From: a virus
Reading direction: 5' to 3' (one strand)
DNA length: 64,000 nt
Virus record (IMG/VR): IMGVR_UViG_3300035698_008252
Span: 7,912-71,911 of that record
The notes beneath the pieces were generated by a model. It searched no databases and was not told where the DNA came from. It saw only the letters and a program-made list of their open reading frames with translations. How positions within the stretch are numbered: position 1 is the stretch's first letter; each line of letters begins with the position of its first letter. The position numbers and the translations under genes were made by a program. This document shows positions 41,415 through 51,601 of this stretch, piece after piece.

Positions 41415-41638
41415 AATGTTCACTAATGGACTAATGTTCACTCTAAGGTATACATTCAGGTATGAGTATACATTGTATGAATCCGTACAACATATTGTAT
41501 AAATCCGTACAATAAATTATACCTGCTCAGGTACGAATCAGGTACGAATCAGGTATTAATACCGAGACATAATGAGCTTTTATACCTGCTAGGGTACAAA
41601 GAAATATCGAACCAGAGTAAAGGTTCGGTAGGTTCGGT
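41415..41638. repeat. cluster of short tandem/direct repeats (possible origin or terminus signal)
   Basis: AATGTTCACT x2 (41415, 41433); ATTGTATRAATCCGTACAA x2 (41472, 41494); TCAGGTACGAA x2.6 (41527-41555); AGGTTCGGT x2 (41621-41638). Confidence 0.8.
41560..41578 (+). repeat. 19-bp dispersed direct repeat, copy 3
   Basis: TACCGAGACATAATGAGCT in non-coding DNA. Confidence 0.9.
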
Positions 41639-41867
41639 AATAAAGTCTCCCCCACCAAACATCCGTAGGGATTATTCAGTGAGAGAGCTCTAACAGTTAT
41701 ACACACTATTAGCGGGAGGACTAACATAGCATAACTGCGTACTACGATTATATAATATTATACTGCTTCTGCAAGTAAACACCAGCCATGCAGCTTATAA
41801 GTGAACACAAAGCTATTACGCCTAGTATATTCATTTTTACCCAGCCCTTCTTTATGGTTAATAATAA

Positions 41868-44483
41868 CTACCCTCTGTAGTATAATTCTGTTTCTTCTAG
41901 CATCCCTATCTTCGCAAGATATTCATTATTATCCCTAGACCGTTCTCGCATAATATCAAACGCAGGAGTATCTAGAAAGGTTTTATTAGAAAGACTTAAG
42001 GTTGTTTGTCTACCGATAACATCATAGTCAATCTCGTATATGGCTAGACTAGCAGCTTCAGTAGTAGGTAATGAAGTATTAGTTACAGATACTTTATCTA
42101 ATAATTCAATATCTAAATCTAAGCCATCTAATTGTAATTGACCACCGTAAGTAGGTTTATAAAATTCTCTCAATTGACTTAGGTAAGTATTCATTAAAGG
42201 TATATCATTAATATTTCCTTTAAGACTAGTAGCCTTTTTAAACTCAGGTCTTCTCACAACCTCTGTACCACCAAAGTAATTAGTATCTACCTTTGTTTGA
42301 ATAGGTGAATCAGTTCTGACAGCATAGGTTATCTCAATCCTTCTAGCCTCTTTAAATTCATCACCCTCCACATATATCTCAGAATCACCAGGTTCGGATT
42401 TAAATACTCTAGGAGACATAACCTTATCTTCACCCTTAGTAGGATAATCTTTAATAACTATTCTACAAGAAGCATTTGGGTCTGTCAATAGTTTAGCGTT
42501 TAAAGTTTCACCAGGCTTAAACATAAAGTAATAAAATTTATGTTCCTCACCATCCTCGTCATCATAAGGGTCATCATCTATAGTATCTTTAAACCAGAAA
42601 ATTCCTGTTCTAGTATCATTATCATTAGGGTCTAATTCACCACCTCTATTAAAATAAGATGTAATAATTTTTTCAGTAATCTCAAAATCACCTGTAAGTA
42701 TAACTCTACTTCTTGCTCGGGATAAATCCACAATAGGTCTAAAAGAAAGTACATTATTATCATCAGTTATAGCCGCACCTTCTGTAGGTATAGCATAAGA
42801 TTTAACTAGAGAACCAGAATCAATAGCTCTAATTCTTAATCTACCGTATTTATCTATGTAATAAACATATTTACCAAACATCTTAGTAGCCCATTCTATA
42901 ACACTTCTTAGAGGTTGGTAAATCCAAGACATAGGAGTAGCATTAGAATCAGGAACATCAATAACAGCGTCGGGTAATCCTGCTACATTTATAATTTCTT
43001 TAAGTACTCTATCATATGTTTTAGTTACTCCTGTACCTTCGTATGATGGAGGTCTATAAATATAATGTGAAGGAGTATAAAGCTGGTCAAGATAATGAGA
43101 TAAATCTTTACACTCATATGTAATCTCTTGACGGTTATTTAAAAGTTGTCTATTCCTACCAGTTATAAAACCACAGAATACAGGCATCTCCTGATTAGTA
43201 GAATCAAATAAATATATATAAATTTTCTCGCCTATAGTTAATTCAGGGGTCTCATCAAACTTAACATCCTCTATTATAGTAGCAGAACTACCTTCAAGAC
43301 TTAATCTAACATTACTAACGAATAAAGAATCAGTAATAGGAAATACACCTGACTCAGTTATAATACCACCACCAGCAGATACAAAACTATTATAATTAGA
43401 ACCGCTTAAAAATATAGAATTGAAGGGTAATACTGAATTACCATAGTTACTAGAAAAGGTATTCATACCCTCACCACCTGAACCAGCACCCGTACCACCA
43501 GAAGCACCTGAGATATTTATAGGGTCAGTAACAGTTTCATCAAAAGGAGGTAAAATGTTAGTTGACTCAGAACCTCCACCAGAACCATAAGCTCTATCTT
43601 TTACCCAAATCTTTAAATACATATATATTTCTCTAGAATTAGAGACACAAGAATTCTCAGGTACATCTCTAGCTGTCTGAGCAAAAGCATCACCATCATC
43701 ATCCTGGGAAATACCTAGATAATCGTAATCATTTAAACTCTCAAAGGTTATATCCGTACCATCAACTCCTAAAGGTCTTGTAACAGACCTCATAGAAAAT
43801 GTAGAGGCTGCGTCGAAAGAAAATAAATCCTCTACTATCTCATCATCTTCATTCCTATAAAAAGCATCCAGTCTCTTTAAATCAAGTAAACCAGAAGCAA
43901 CTAAATTATCCCCCTCCATCTGTTCATCTTTATCAAAGTTCCAAAATTCAACCTTAGCTATTTGGTATAATGCAGGGTCGTATGTTTCTCTAAGTGTAGA
44001 AAAAGCAGCAGCAAAATCTATCTCAGCGTTATCATCTTCAAAATAAATAAATAGACTAGTTGAAGCTTGTCTATACTCCCAGAAAGGATTACCGTTAATA
44101 TTAGGAAACCCACCCCAACATCTTTTAAAAATTATAGGTAGTCTATTAGAGTATTTACATACAGTTCTTTTTAAAGTACAAGTACCACCCGAAAACCAAG
44201 AAGGTGCGGCAGGTGTAACTGTATTAGTGGTAGTAGGTAATCCAGTGTTACCCTCAGTTAAAAAATGTTGATAACCATCCTCCTCTACACCACCTAAAAA
44301 TTCCTGCCTTAGAGTTGATTTTCTCCAATCTAAAGTAACTAATACAGGAGTCTCAATATTCCAATCAGAACCTTCATCAGTTAATTCAGTAGCTACAGGA
44401 TTAAATGAGTAATTAGTTGATGGTATTGTATATTGAACATTCCAAGGGTCTCCAGTATATTCAGCCATATTAAGAACCTCCAT
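41868..44483 (-). CDS. tail tip / baseplate hub-like protein
   Basis: VFCGFIT..R...EITYECKD...YYIDKYGRLRI hub-like pattern; last gene of the tail operon. Confidence 0.65.
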   Translation of the reverse strand: MEVLNMAEYTGDPWNVQYTIPSTNYSFNPVATELTDEGSDWNIETPVLVTLDWRKSTLRQEFLGGVEEDGYQHFLTEGNTGLPTTTNTVTPAAPSWFSGGTCTLKRTVCKYSNRLPIIFKRCWGGFPNINGNPFWEYRQASTSLFIYFEDDNAEIDFAAAFSTLRETYDPALYQIAKVEFWNFDKDEQMEGDNLVASGLLDLKRLDAFYRNEDDEIVEDLFSFDAASTFSMRSVTRPLGVDGTDITFESLNDYDYLGISQDDDGDAFAQTARDVPENSCVSNSREIYMYLKIWVKDRAYGSGGGSESTNILPPFDETVTDPINISGASGGTGAGSGGEGMNTFSSNYGNSVLPFNSIFLSGSNYNSFVSAGGGIITESGVFPITDSLFVSNVRLSLEGSSATIIEDVKFDETPELTIGEKIYIYLFDSTNQEMPVFCGFITGRNRQLLNNRQEITYECKDLSHYLDQLYTPSHYIYRPPSYEGTGVTKTYDRVLKEIINVAGLPDAVIDVPDSNATPMSWIYQPLRSVIEWATKMFGKYVYYIDKYGRLRIRAIDSGSLVKSYAIPTEGAAITDDNNVLSFRPIVDLSRARSRVILTGDFEITEKIITSYFNRGGELDPNDNDTRTGIFWFKDTIDDDPYDDEDGEEHKFYYFMFKPGETLNAKLLTDPNASCRIVIKDYPTKGEDKVMSPRVFKSEPGDSEIYVEGDEFKEARRIEITYAVRTDSPIQTKVDTNYFGGTEVVRRPEFKKATSLKGNINDIPLMNTYLSQLREFYKPTYGGQLQLDGLDLDIELLDKVSVTNTSLPTTEAASLAIYEIDYDVIGRQTTLSLSNKTFLDTPAFDIMRERSRDNNEYLAKIGMLEETELYYRG

Positions 44484-47400
44484 TCATGGAATCTAGAGTC
44501 CAATCGGCAGACTCTATATCAAAGTTTAATTCAGCACTATTATGTATTTGTCCAGGTAAAACCTCTAAAGCTGCATAGGAAGCAAAGTTAGAACCGCCAA
44601 TAGATGTACGCAATTCTAAAGCCTGTATAGCTGCATAAGTACTACCCGAAGTTCCTGTAATATAAAGCCTATAAAAAGCGTATGCTATAGAATTAGTTAT
44701 AGTGTATTCTTTAGTCTCTTGAGCCGACCAAGTTTCTCCAGTAACTGTATCTAAATCAGCCCATATAGTTCCATTAGCAGAACCTTGTAATTTCCAATCA
44801 GTAGGTAAACTATCTAAATCAACATAGTTATTTGTAATAGCATATTCTAAAACTGTTTTCTTATTGCTACCATAACCACACTCATATCTAAGCCATTGAG
44901 GTAAACTAGAAGTAGTTAAAGAAGACCAAAAACTAGCTGTTCCGTCAAAGGCATTTGAACCTATATCAGTACCGTCAGAGCTACTTTGCTCGACATTACT
45001 TTTTGTTATATCCATAGTTCTCCATATATTATATTTAGGTTGTATATAAGCATATGAAAAATCTTTAGACCTATCAGATACATCTAAAATTTTTACTTTT
45101 ATAGTTTTATCTAAAGAAGTAGCAATAGGAATATAACTAGCATTAAAAACATCATAAGAAGGAGTACCTACTGTAATTATACTCCAAGAAGTCCAAGTAC
45201 TATTAAGTATTGAAAATGATACTTTCTGAGTCCAGAGTTTTATGAAGTCAGAATATATATTGCTTGAAAATTCAGAAAATGGATTCGTATCTATCTCTTC
45301 AATGAATGTGAATTCGTTTGTTGTTAAGTTAAAACCGAATGTATATTGCCAATAGGCATTATTATAGGTTACTAAATCAGGATTAACAGTGTAGACAGTA
45401 GCATCCCAATCATATTTCTTGTTATTCCAGTAAAGTGAACCCGCAGTTACGGTAATAGTATTAGCTACAATATCTAAAGTTATAGAATCCATACCAGTTT
45501 TTACAGGTATATCGAATGTATCATATAAAATATCGTCATAGTATAATTCTATCCTATCTAAAGGTATACCGTCGGTATAAGTAATAGTAGCAATATCTCC
45601 AGCAAATAGTACACCACAGCTAACATCACCAACAGAATAATAAATATTTACAGTCTCCTCTAAATCTTCTGTTCCATCTCTAAATTGAACAACTATATCA
45701 TTAGAACCCGCAGATGCAGTAGTAAAATCTAGAGTCATAGTATTAGATAAACTTACACTAGTCCAAGTACTCCAAGTAACTTTAGAATCAAAGCTGTATC
45801 TATAATAAGTAGCAGGTAAGAATATACTGAATTCAGACGAGGTACTAGATACATAAGATGGATAGTCAGCAAAGTTATTCTCAATAGTAGGTGTTAAATT
45901 AAATAAGTAGTTTCGCTTATTCTGGTCTTGTACTTTTAATGATACCTTACTAATAGAAGATGAAGTATAAGGCGTTAACTTTATTCTACTATTATAGAAA
46001 TCACCATTCTCAATAGTGTAAGCTATAGAAGTAGTATCCCCGTTTATATCGGTAACAGTTGCATTAGTAACATTATAGAGAGGTTGATTAAAATCTATAG
46101 TCCAATTATCTGAACTGTTAAATAAGTACTCTCTATTAATACCTACAAATTCTATTGAATCTTTTATGTTACCGAAAAAAGACATATCTAAATCAAAAGG
46201 AAAAGTCATCTCGAAAACACATACTTTTAAATCCTCAGAATCGGAAGCTACTTTAGTTACTTTAACCTCAAAATTATCATGAGGATAAATTATTGTATCC
46301 ATATCGAAGTATACTACATCTTGATAGGCAGAAGAATCAGCAGTAATAGTTTGAGTTGACTTTAAAATATCGTCTACATATAGCTCTATTATAGTACTAC
46401 TAGAAGTTCCAGAATTTTTCATATCTATAGACATAGAATGAAGTACACCAGAAACAGTAGCTAAGTTTTTACTAGAATAAATAATAGGAGATATAAAATC
46501 AAATTCATAGTTTATTAAATTAGGACAGAATTTATGAGCATATTTAGATTTCCATTGTAAGGAGGCATCCATAGCTGTAATATCGGCAGTATACCATTGT
46601 AAGGAAGCAGGTAACTGTGTAGTTGTAATTGCATTCACCTCCTCAGTACCATAAGTTAATAAGGAATCTGAATCAGAATCATAACTAGTAGATATATACT
46701 CATCCGTAAGTGCAACACCCTTTAATATACGAACCTCGTCAAGAATACCTGCATGCCATTTCCAAGACTCACCATCCTGTAATAAAGTTAAATAATTTGA
46801 TGAATTATCTACCGTTATAGAACTAACAATAGTACCACCTGTCTGAACACCATTAACAAAAAATTTCCAATTATTAACATCTCGCACTATAATACAATGA
46901 TATTTAGTATCCGCAACAGGAGTCCAAGCCCATTGAATCCATGTGCCAGCAGAATGAAATGACATGTTATTTGAGGTGTTTATACCAAAGCCAAGTATCC
47001 ATTTAGGTTGAGAACCACCACCATCATCATGACCCATAATACTACCAGTAGTAACACTAGTCGGATATTCGAGTTTAAATTCAAAAGAAAAATCACCAGT
47101 TAAATCCCAATCAGTGCTATCAGGAATTCTAATGTATTTAGGGCTTCCTCCTTGTTGTCCATAAGAAACAATACCGTCAACTCTAGCAGGTAAATTTTGA
47201 CCTTGACCATCATGATTATTAGATGTTGAATCTAAAAATTCACCGACTACATCAGAAGATATTTCACTTAAATGCCATACACTTGTATAGTTAGTATTCC
47301 ATGTATTTTCAGTATCAGAACCATCAGAATCACCAGCCTTACCATAATATAAATAAACATCAGTATCTACAGAACTACTAACAGAAGGTAATTTTAACCA

Positions 47401-48066
47401 ATAGATTCCACTATTAGTTGAAGTAGCATACTCCATAAGTTCTACTCCATATAAACCTACCAGACCATGAGCTGTCCAGTTATCGGTAATAAAAATCCTG
47501 TAGTATCTATAGGCTGTAGTATTTATAAATTCAAAGTCTTCCCAGCTATTAGTATTAGAATGTTCACCTGTATAGAGGTCATCCCAAGCAGAATCGTTAT
47601 TAGAACCTTGAACTTTAAAATCTTTAACAGAATTACCCCAAGCATTATTATAAGGTTTCATTCTGAATTTAGTAGCTGTCTTAGTTACACCAACACCTAA
47701 ATCGTATTTCCACCAGTGGTCTCCTGCTGTATCAGTAGAATTGCCAAATGTAATATCGTTATCATCTACAGCATTATCAGGATTAGACCAAGCACCACCA
47801 TTAGTATCGCCTGACGCTGTACCGCCAGTAAGAAAATCAGAATCGTAAGTATGTAACTGACCATGAAATTCCCTATCAAATTTTAATAGAGTCTCGCCAT
47901 CATCAGATGTAAAGCGTAAATCATAGCCTGTGGAAAGTGCATGAGAGAAAGTAAAATTAAAGTCCGAGAGGGTAACTAACGCAGGGAAATCAGTTAGTGT
48001 AGCATCTATATCAGAAGCTGATATAGTTAATTTTTTTCTATATGTATAGTCAGTTAACCAACCCAT
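44470..48066 (-). CDS. large tail/receptor-binding protein (DUF2341-like, F5/8-C/discoidin x2, LamG)
   Basis: W...YTYRKKLTI..DFP.LV..DLRFT..DG.T.L (DUF2341-like); KDFKVQGSND..WDDL and DWKLQGSANG..WADL; LamG-like GILDEVRI. Confidence 0.8.
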   Translation of the reverse strand: MGWLTDYTYRKKLTISASDIDATLTDFPALVTLSDFNFTFSHALSTGYDLRFTSDDGETLLKFDREFHGQLHTYDSDFLTGGTASGDTNGGAWSNPDNAVDDNDITFGNSTDTAGDHWWKYDLGVGVTKTATKFRMKPYNNAWGNSVKDFKVQGSNNDSAWDDLYTGEHSNTNSWEDFEFINTTAYRYYRIFITDNWTAHGLVGLYGVELMEYATSTNSGIYWLKLPSVSSSVDTDVYLYYGKAGDSDGSDTENTWNTNYTSVWHLSEISSDVVGEFLDSTSNNHDGQGQNLPARVDGIVSYGQQGGSPKYIRIPDSTDWDLTGDFSFEFKLEYPTSVTTGSIMGHDDGGGSQPKWILGFGINTSNNMSFHSAGTWIQWAWTPVADTKYHCIIVRDVNNWKFFVNGVQTGGTIVSSITVDNSSNYLTLLQDGESWKWHAGILDEVRILKGVALTDEYISTSYDSDSDSLLTYGTEEVNAITTTQLPASLQWYTADITAMDASLQWKSKYAHKFCPNLINYEFDFISPIIYSSKNLATVSGVLHSMSIDMKNSGTSSSTIIELYVDDILKSTQTITADSSAYQDVVYFDMDTIIYPHDNFEVKVTKVASDSEDLKVCVFEMTFPFDLDMSFFGNIKDSIEFVGINREYLFNSSDNWTIDFNQPLYNVTNATVTDINGDTTSIAYTIENGDFYNSRIKLTPYTSSSISKVSLKVQDQNKRNYLFNLTPTIENNFADYPSYVSSTSSEFSIFLPATYYRYSFDSKVTWSTWTSVSLSNTMTLDFTTASAGSNDIVVQFRDGTEDLEETVNIYYSVGDVSCGVLFAGDIATITYTDGIPLDRIELYYDDILYDTFDIPVKTGMDSITLDIVANTITVTAGSLYWNNKKYDWDATVYTVNPDLVTYNNAYWQYTFGFNLTTNEFTFIEEIDTNPFSEFSSNIYSDFIKLWTQKVSFSILNSTWTSWSIITVGTPSYDVFNASYIPIATSLDKTIKVKILDVSDRSKDFSYAYIQPKYNIWRTMDITKSNVEQSSSDGTDIGSNAFDGTASFWSSLTTSSLPQWLRYECGYGSNKKTVLEYAITNNYVDLDSLPTDWKLQGSANGTIWADLDTVTGETWSAQETKEYTITNSIAYAFYRLYITGTSGSTYAAIQALELRTSIGGSNFASYAALEVLPGQIHNSAELNFDIESADWTLDSMNGGS

Positions 48067-48096
48067 TAATAAAACTCCTAAAGTATAAACAATTAA

Positions 48097-48498
48097 TTAA
48101 AGAGATTTAACAAATTTTGCAGAAAAAGAATTAATTTTTAAATCATTCTCTTCTTGGTCAAAGCTTTGTAGGTAACAATCAGTAAGTATATAAGCAGTAC
48201 TACCATCAATATTATAAATAGTTAAATCACCCTTCTCGTTAAGCTCAAAGTTTGTATCTAAATCCTGGAAATATTCTTCTAAGTCAGCTCTATCACTCTC
48301 TGCCTTTACACCACTAATGCTAATAGATAAATAACCACCACCTAATTCCTTAGTAGAACGTATACGAACACCTTTAGCTCTAGGGATAACTCTAATATCT
48401 AGATTGCTATTATAACTGAAAGTAATAAAAGCATGGTCTCCTAGAAATTTAGTTTTCCATTTAACTCTGTTTGTAGGGCTCATATTTAAACTGGACAT
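48097..48498 (-). CDS. distal tail-like protein (putative)
   Basis: Position immediately after the tape measure gene; 133 aa, beta-rich. Confidence 0.45.
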   Translation of the reverse strand: MSSLNMSPTNRVKWKTKFLGDHAFITFSYNSNLDIRVIPRAKGVRIRSTKELGGGYLSISISGVKAESDRADLEEYFQDLDTNFELNEKGDLTIYNIDGSTAYILTDCYLQSFDQEENDLKINSFSAKFVKSL

Positions 48499-48519
48499 GT
48501 AAATCCTCCTAAAATAAAA

Positions 48520-50892
48520 TTACTTTTGCTGATTCATACGTTTAAGAATAGAATTAATCTTTGACTTCGTAATAGAAGACTCAGCAGCAGCCTTAGAAGC
48601 AGCATTAGCTAGTTTAAGCATTGACTCAGTAGTATCAGTAGATGAGGATTTAATAGAATTTGCAGCATCACCACTACTCTTAGCCATATCTTTTAAGTAT
48701 AATTTCTCACCACCACCCATTTGAATCCAACTTTCATTATCAGGACTAACATCCCTCGCAGCAGTAGATTTAGAAGATTTGGTTGAAGTAGAACCTTGAA
48801 AAATAGAACTCCACATAGTTCCTTTAGCCCCTCCACCAATAGTCTGAGAACCACCAGCAGTTGAACCTATAGCATTAGGCTGTATTCGAGATTTACTACC
48901 AGCTTCTTTTAATAAACCTGCTGAAGCATTTAAACCTATTATTTTCTTAACAGCCATAATAGGATTTAAATCAGTCCAACTAGGTGTCATCTGTGCCTTT
49001 AGCTTACCAGGGTTTACCTGAACATTACCTGCAACATCTTTATAAACTCCCCTATCTCTATTCTTCCACATATTAATAGCTACCTCAGCCGCATACTTCA
49101 TTACACTACCAAATAGCTTTTTAAATACCTCTATCTTAGCTTGAAATTGAGTAATAATAACATCTACAAATATCTTAGATAAACCTTCTATTACAGGTTT
49201 TAATGTTGATAGCCCTGCTTTCATATAAGCGATAAACATAGTACCCATAGATTTAGCTAGTAAATGTACCTTTTCACCTATCGCACCAGTTTCTGATTTA
49301 ATCTCACTAGTATTAACTTTACCTGATTTATTATCATAGTTATACATGGTATAAGATTCGTCTACACCAGGAAAAAATGTCTTCCCTACTTTCTGACCCA
49401 TAGCAGTTAATCCGTCAGCAGCTTGAGCAAATACAGGCATAAGAGCATCACCAAGCATAGAAGCCCAGCGTTTGAAAATACCAGCATTACCCTCTAGAGC
49501 TTTGTAAAAAGAATCAACACCCATTAAAAGGGTTTTAAATAATTCATTAGCTACTCGAATAAAAGGGTCGAACATAACTTGAAGACCTGCCATTATAGTA
49601 TTTTGAAGTCTTTTCCATGTATTACCAAAAGTATTAATAACTTGGGTAAACATCTTATCTAATATACTACTACCTTGGTCAGAGGCATCCATAGAAGATT
49701 CTAAAATATCTCGTTTCTTTTTGTAAAGTTCAGGTCTACCAAGTAAAGCAGCAGCACCCATACCACCCCTAACTCCAAAGGTTCTAGATACAACCTCTGT
49801 AGGAATATCACTCATCATCTTTAAAACTTCAGCTAAAGGTTTCATCTTACCACCAGCTAAAGTAAATTGCTTAAATATTCTGTCAGTACCTTTTTCTAAA
49901 CTCTGCATTGTACCCATAAGAGAATTCATCTCACCCTCAACAGCAGTATAAGCAGAAGTTCCCTCTTTACCTGCTAAGGCTAACTCATATTGTTTTTCCT
50001 TTAATTTATTTAATCTCTCGTAGTAATCTGCCAATACTTTTTGACCTGATTGAAGAGTAGTTAAAAATCTTTGATTCTTACCAGAAGCTTGATATATATT
50101 TAACCCATATTTAGCAAACATAGTAGCCGCTTTAGATGTACCACCACTAAGCTTATTTAAAGTACCTCGTAAATAAACACCCGCCTTAGAATAACTAAAT
50201 CCTTGGTCGGTTAAACTCATCAAAGCTGCTGCTGTATCTTTAATAGCTTCCTCACTCTTACCGAAAACTGTAGCCGCTACAGGAGCTACATAACTCATAG
50301 CTGTAAAAAATCCTTGAAGAGACATCTTAGAATTTGTAAAAGAAGCTGTAATTGTATCCGCTAATTTAGGTATCTTAGACTGTTCAACACTAAAAGCTCG
50401 GGATACACCTATTAACCCATCAATAGTAGAGTTAAAGTCAGCACCACCAAGAGATGCCATTTTCATAGCCTTGTCAGTTAGAGCATAAGATTCTGTGATA
50501 TTGTTACCAGCTAAAGCAGAAGTATATAAACCTGATTGTATTTCTTTGGCTGTTTTACCTACCTGAGTGGAGGCTTCTCTCGCAAGTTTACTTACCTGCT
50601 CATAAACAGCACCAGTACCACTCTCACCTTTAGTAAGAATAGTAGCTGTTTTCATACCCTCTAAATTTAAATTTATTAACTCAGAGGTAACATTACTTAT
50701 AGATGTTTTTAATTGATTCATAGTAGAAATAATACTACGAATACCACCAAAAATTAAGGCAATAGAACCTGTACGAAAGAGAGCAACTAGAGTAGACTTT
50801 AAAAGATTAACAGAATTCTTTAAAAGTTTAACATTAGCTGCCGCCTTACGAGTATTTATAATAACCTGTACGAATAGTTGTCTAGCACCCAT
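48520..50892 (-). CDS. tail tape measure protein (TP901-like)
   Basis: EIQSGLYTSALAG, AMSYVAPVA, DTAAALMSL.DQG...SKAGVYLR; Ala/Gly-rich helical. Confidence 0.92.
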   Translation of the reverse strand: MGARQLFVQVIINTRKAAANVKLLKNSVNLLKSTLVALFRTGSIALIFGGIRSIISTMNQLKTSISNVTSELINLNLEGMKTATILTKGESGTGAVYEQVSKLAREASTQVGKTAKEIQSGLYTSALAGNNITESYALTDKAMKMASLGGADFNSTIDGLIGVSRAFSVEQSKIPKLADTITASFTNSKMSLQGFFTAMSYVAPVAATVFGKSEEAIKDTAAALMSLTDQGFSYSKAGVYLRGTLNKLSGGTSKAATMFAKYGLNIYQASGKNQRFLTTLQSGQKVLADYYERLNKLKEKQYELALAGKEGTSAYTAVEGEMNSLMGTMQSLEKGTDRIFKQFTLAGGKMKPLAEVLKMMSDIPTEVVSRTFGVRGGMGAAALLGRPELYKKKRDILESSMDASDQGSSILDKMFTQVINTFGNTWKRLQNTIMAGLQVMFDPFIRVANELFKTLLMGVDSFYKALEGNAGIFKRWASMLGDALMPVFAQAADGLTAMGQKVGKTFFPGVDESYTMYNYDNKSGKVNTSEIKSETGAIGEKVHLLAKSMGTMFIAYMKAGLSTLKPVIEGLSKIFVDVIITQFQAKIEVFKKLFGSVMKYAAEVAINMWKNRDRGVYKDVAGNVQVNPGKLKAQMTPSWTDLNPIMAVKKIIGLNASAGLLKEAGSKSRIQPNAIGSTAGGSQTIGGGAKGTMWSSIFQGSTSTKSSKSTAARDVSPDNESWIQMGGGEKLYLKDMAKSSGDAANSIKSSSTDTTESMLKLANAASKAAAESSITKSKINSILKRMNQQK

Positions 50893-51248
50893 TAGAATTG
50901 TACCTCACCTTTACCATATTGTTTGTCAAAATCTTCTTTACTTTTTCCCATCTTAGTCCAGATAGCTAACATCTGTTCTCTTTGTGCATCATCACTCTGC
51001 TTCTGTGCCTCGGCAGAGGGAACATTATCAAATAATTTATCTATATTTTTAAATCCATTTTTATCGAAAGCAGCACTAATAGCTACAGTTTGAAATTTTA
51101 TGTCTCGTCTAGCCTGTTCTCTTGTACGCTTATTAATAGCGTCAAATAAATCACGAATAATGGTTATAGGTAATTTCATTATATAATGAAGTTCCCAACC
51201 ATATTCAGACATAATAACATCAAGTATCTCTAGTAGTTCTTTATCCAT
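50892..51248 (-). CDS. tail assembly chaperone, gpT-like
   Basis: IMSEYGWELHYIMKLP motif; directly precedes the TMP. Confidence 0.65.
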   Translation of the reverse strand: MDKELLEILDVIMSEYGWELHYIMKLPITIIRDLFDAINKRTREQARRDIKFQTVAISAAFDKNGFKNIDKLFDNVPSAEAQKQSDDAQREQMLAIWTKMGKSKEDFDKQYGKGEVQF

Positions 51249-51264
51249 AATAACTTTCTATAAT

Positions 51265-51573
51265 TTAAACAGATACATTATTAAAAGGATTCATACCACC
51301 CATAGCTTGCTGAAGAATCGTAATACAAGATTGAATTGATAAAGTCTTGAGTAAGGATTCTTTTTTGATAGTAGGATTATCTTCAGCGATTAAATCAAAA
51401 ACAATATCAACGAATAGAACAATCTGCTCGTCTAAGTTCATATTATCTTCTAATGCTGTAATCTTTTTAGTTACGTTTAAAATTGTTTCTAGAGGAGCTG
51501 GATAAACTTTCATAACTACCCCACCTCTTAATTCATACTCTTGACATTCTGCTAAATTAATTTTCTCACTCAT
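51265..51573 (-). CDS. tail assembly chaperone, gpG-like
   Basis: Position and size. Confidence 0.55.
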   Translation of the reverse strand: MSEKINLAECQEYELRGGVVMKVYPAPLETILNVTKKITALEDNMNLDEQIVLFVDIVFDLIAEDNPTIKKESLLKTLSIQSCITILQQAMGGMNPFNNVSV

Positions 51574-51601
51574 AATAACCTCCCGTTTATAATCAGTTTA
51601 A

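Noticed and set aside
44470-48066. Diversity-generating retroelement targeting the tail protein
   Set aside because: No reverse transcriptase and no template/variable repeat pair were seen.
51240-51290. Programmed -1 frameshift joining the two tail assembly chaperones
   Set aside because: The downstream ORF is in the +1 frame and has an in-frame TAG four codons before its ATG, so no gpG-T fusion is evident.
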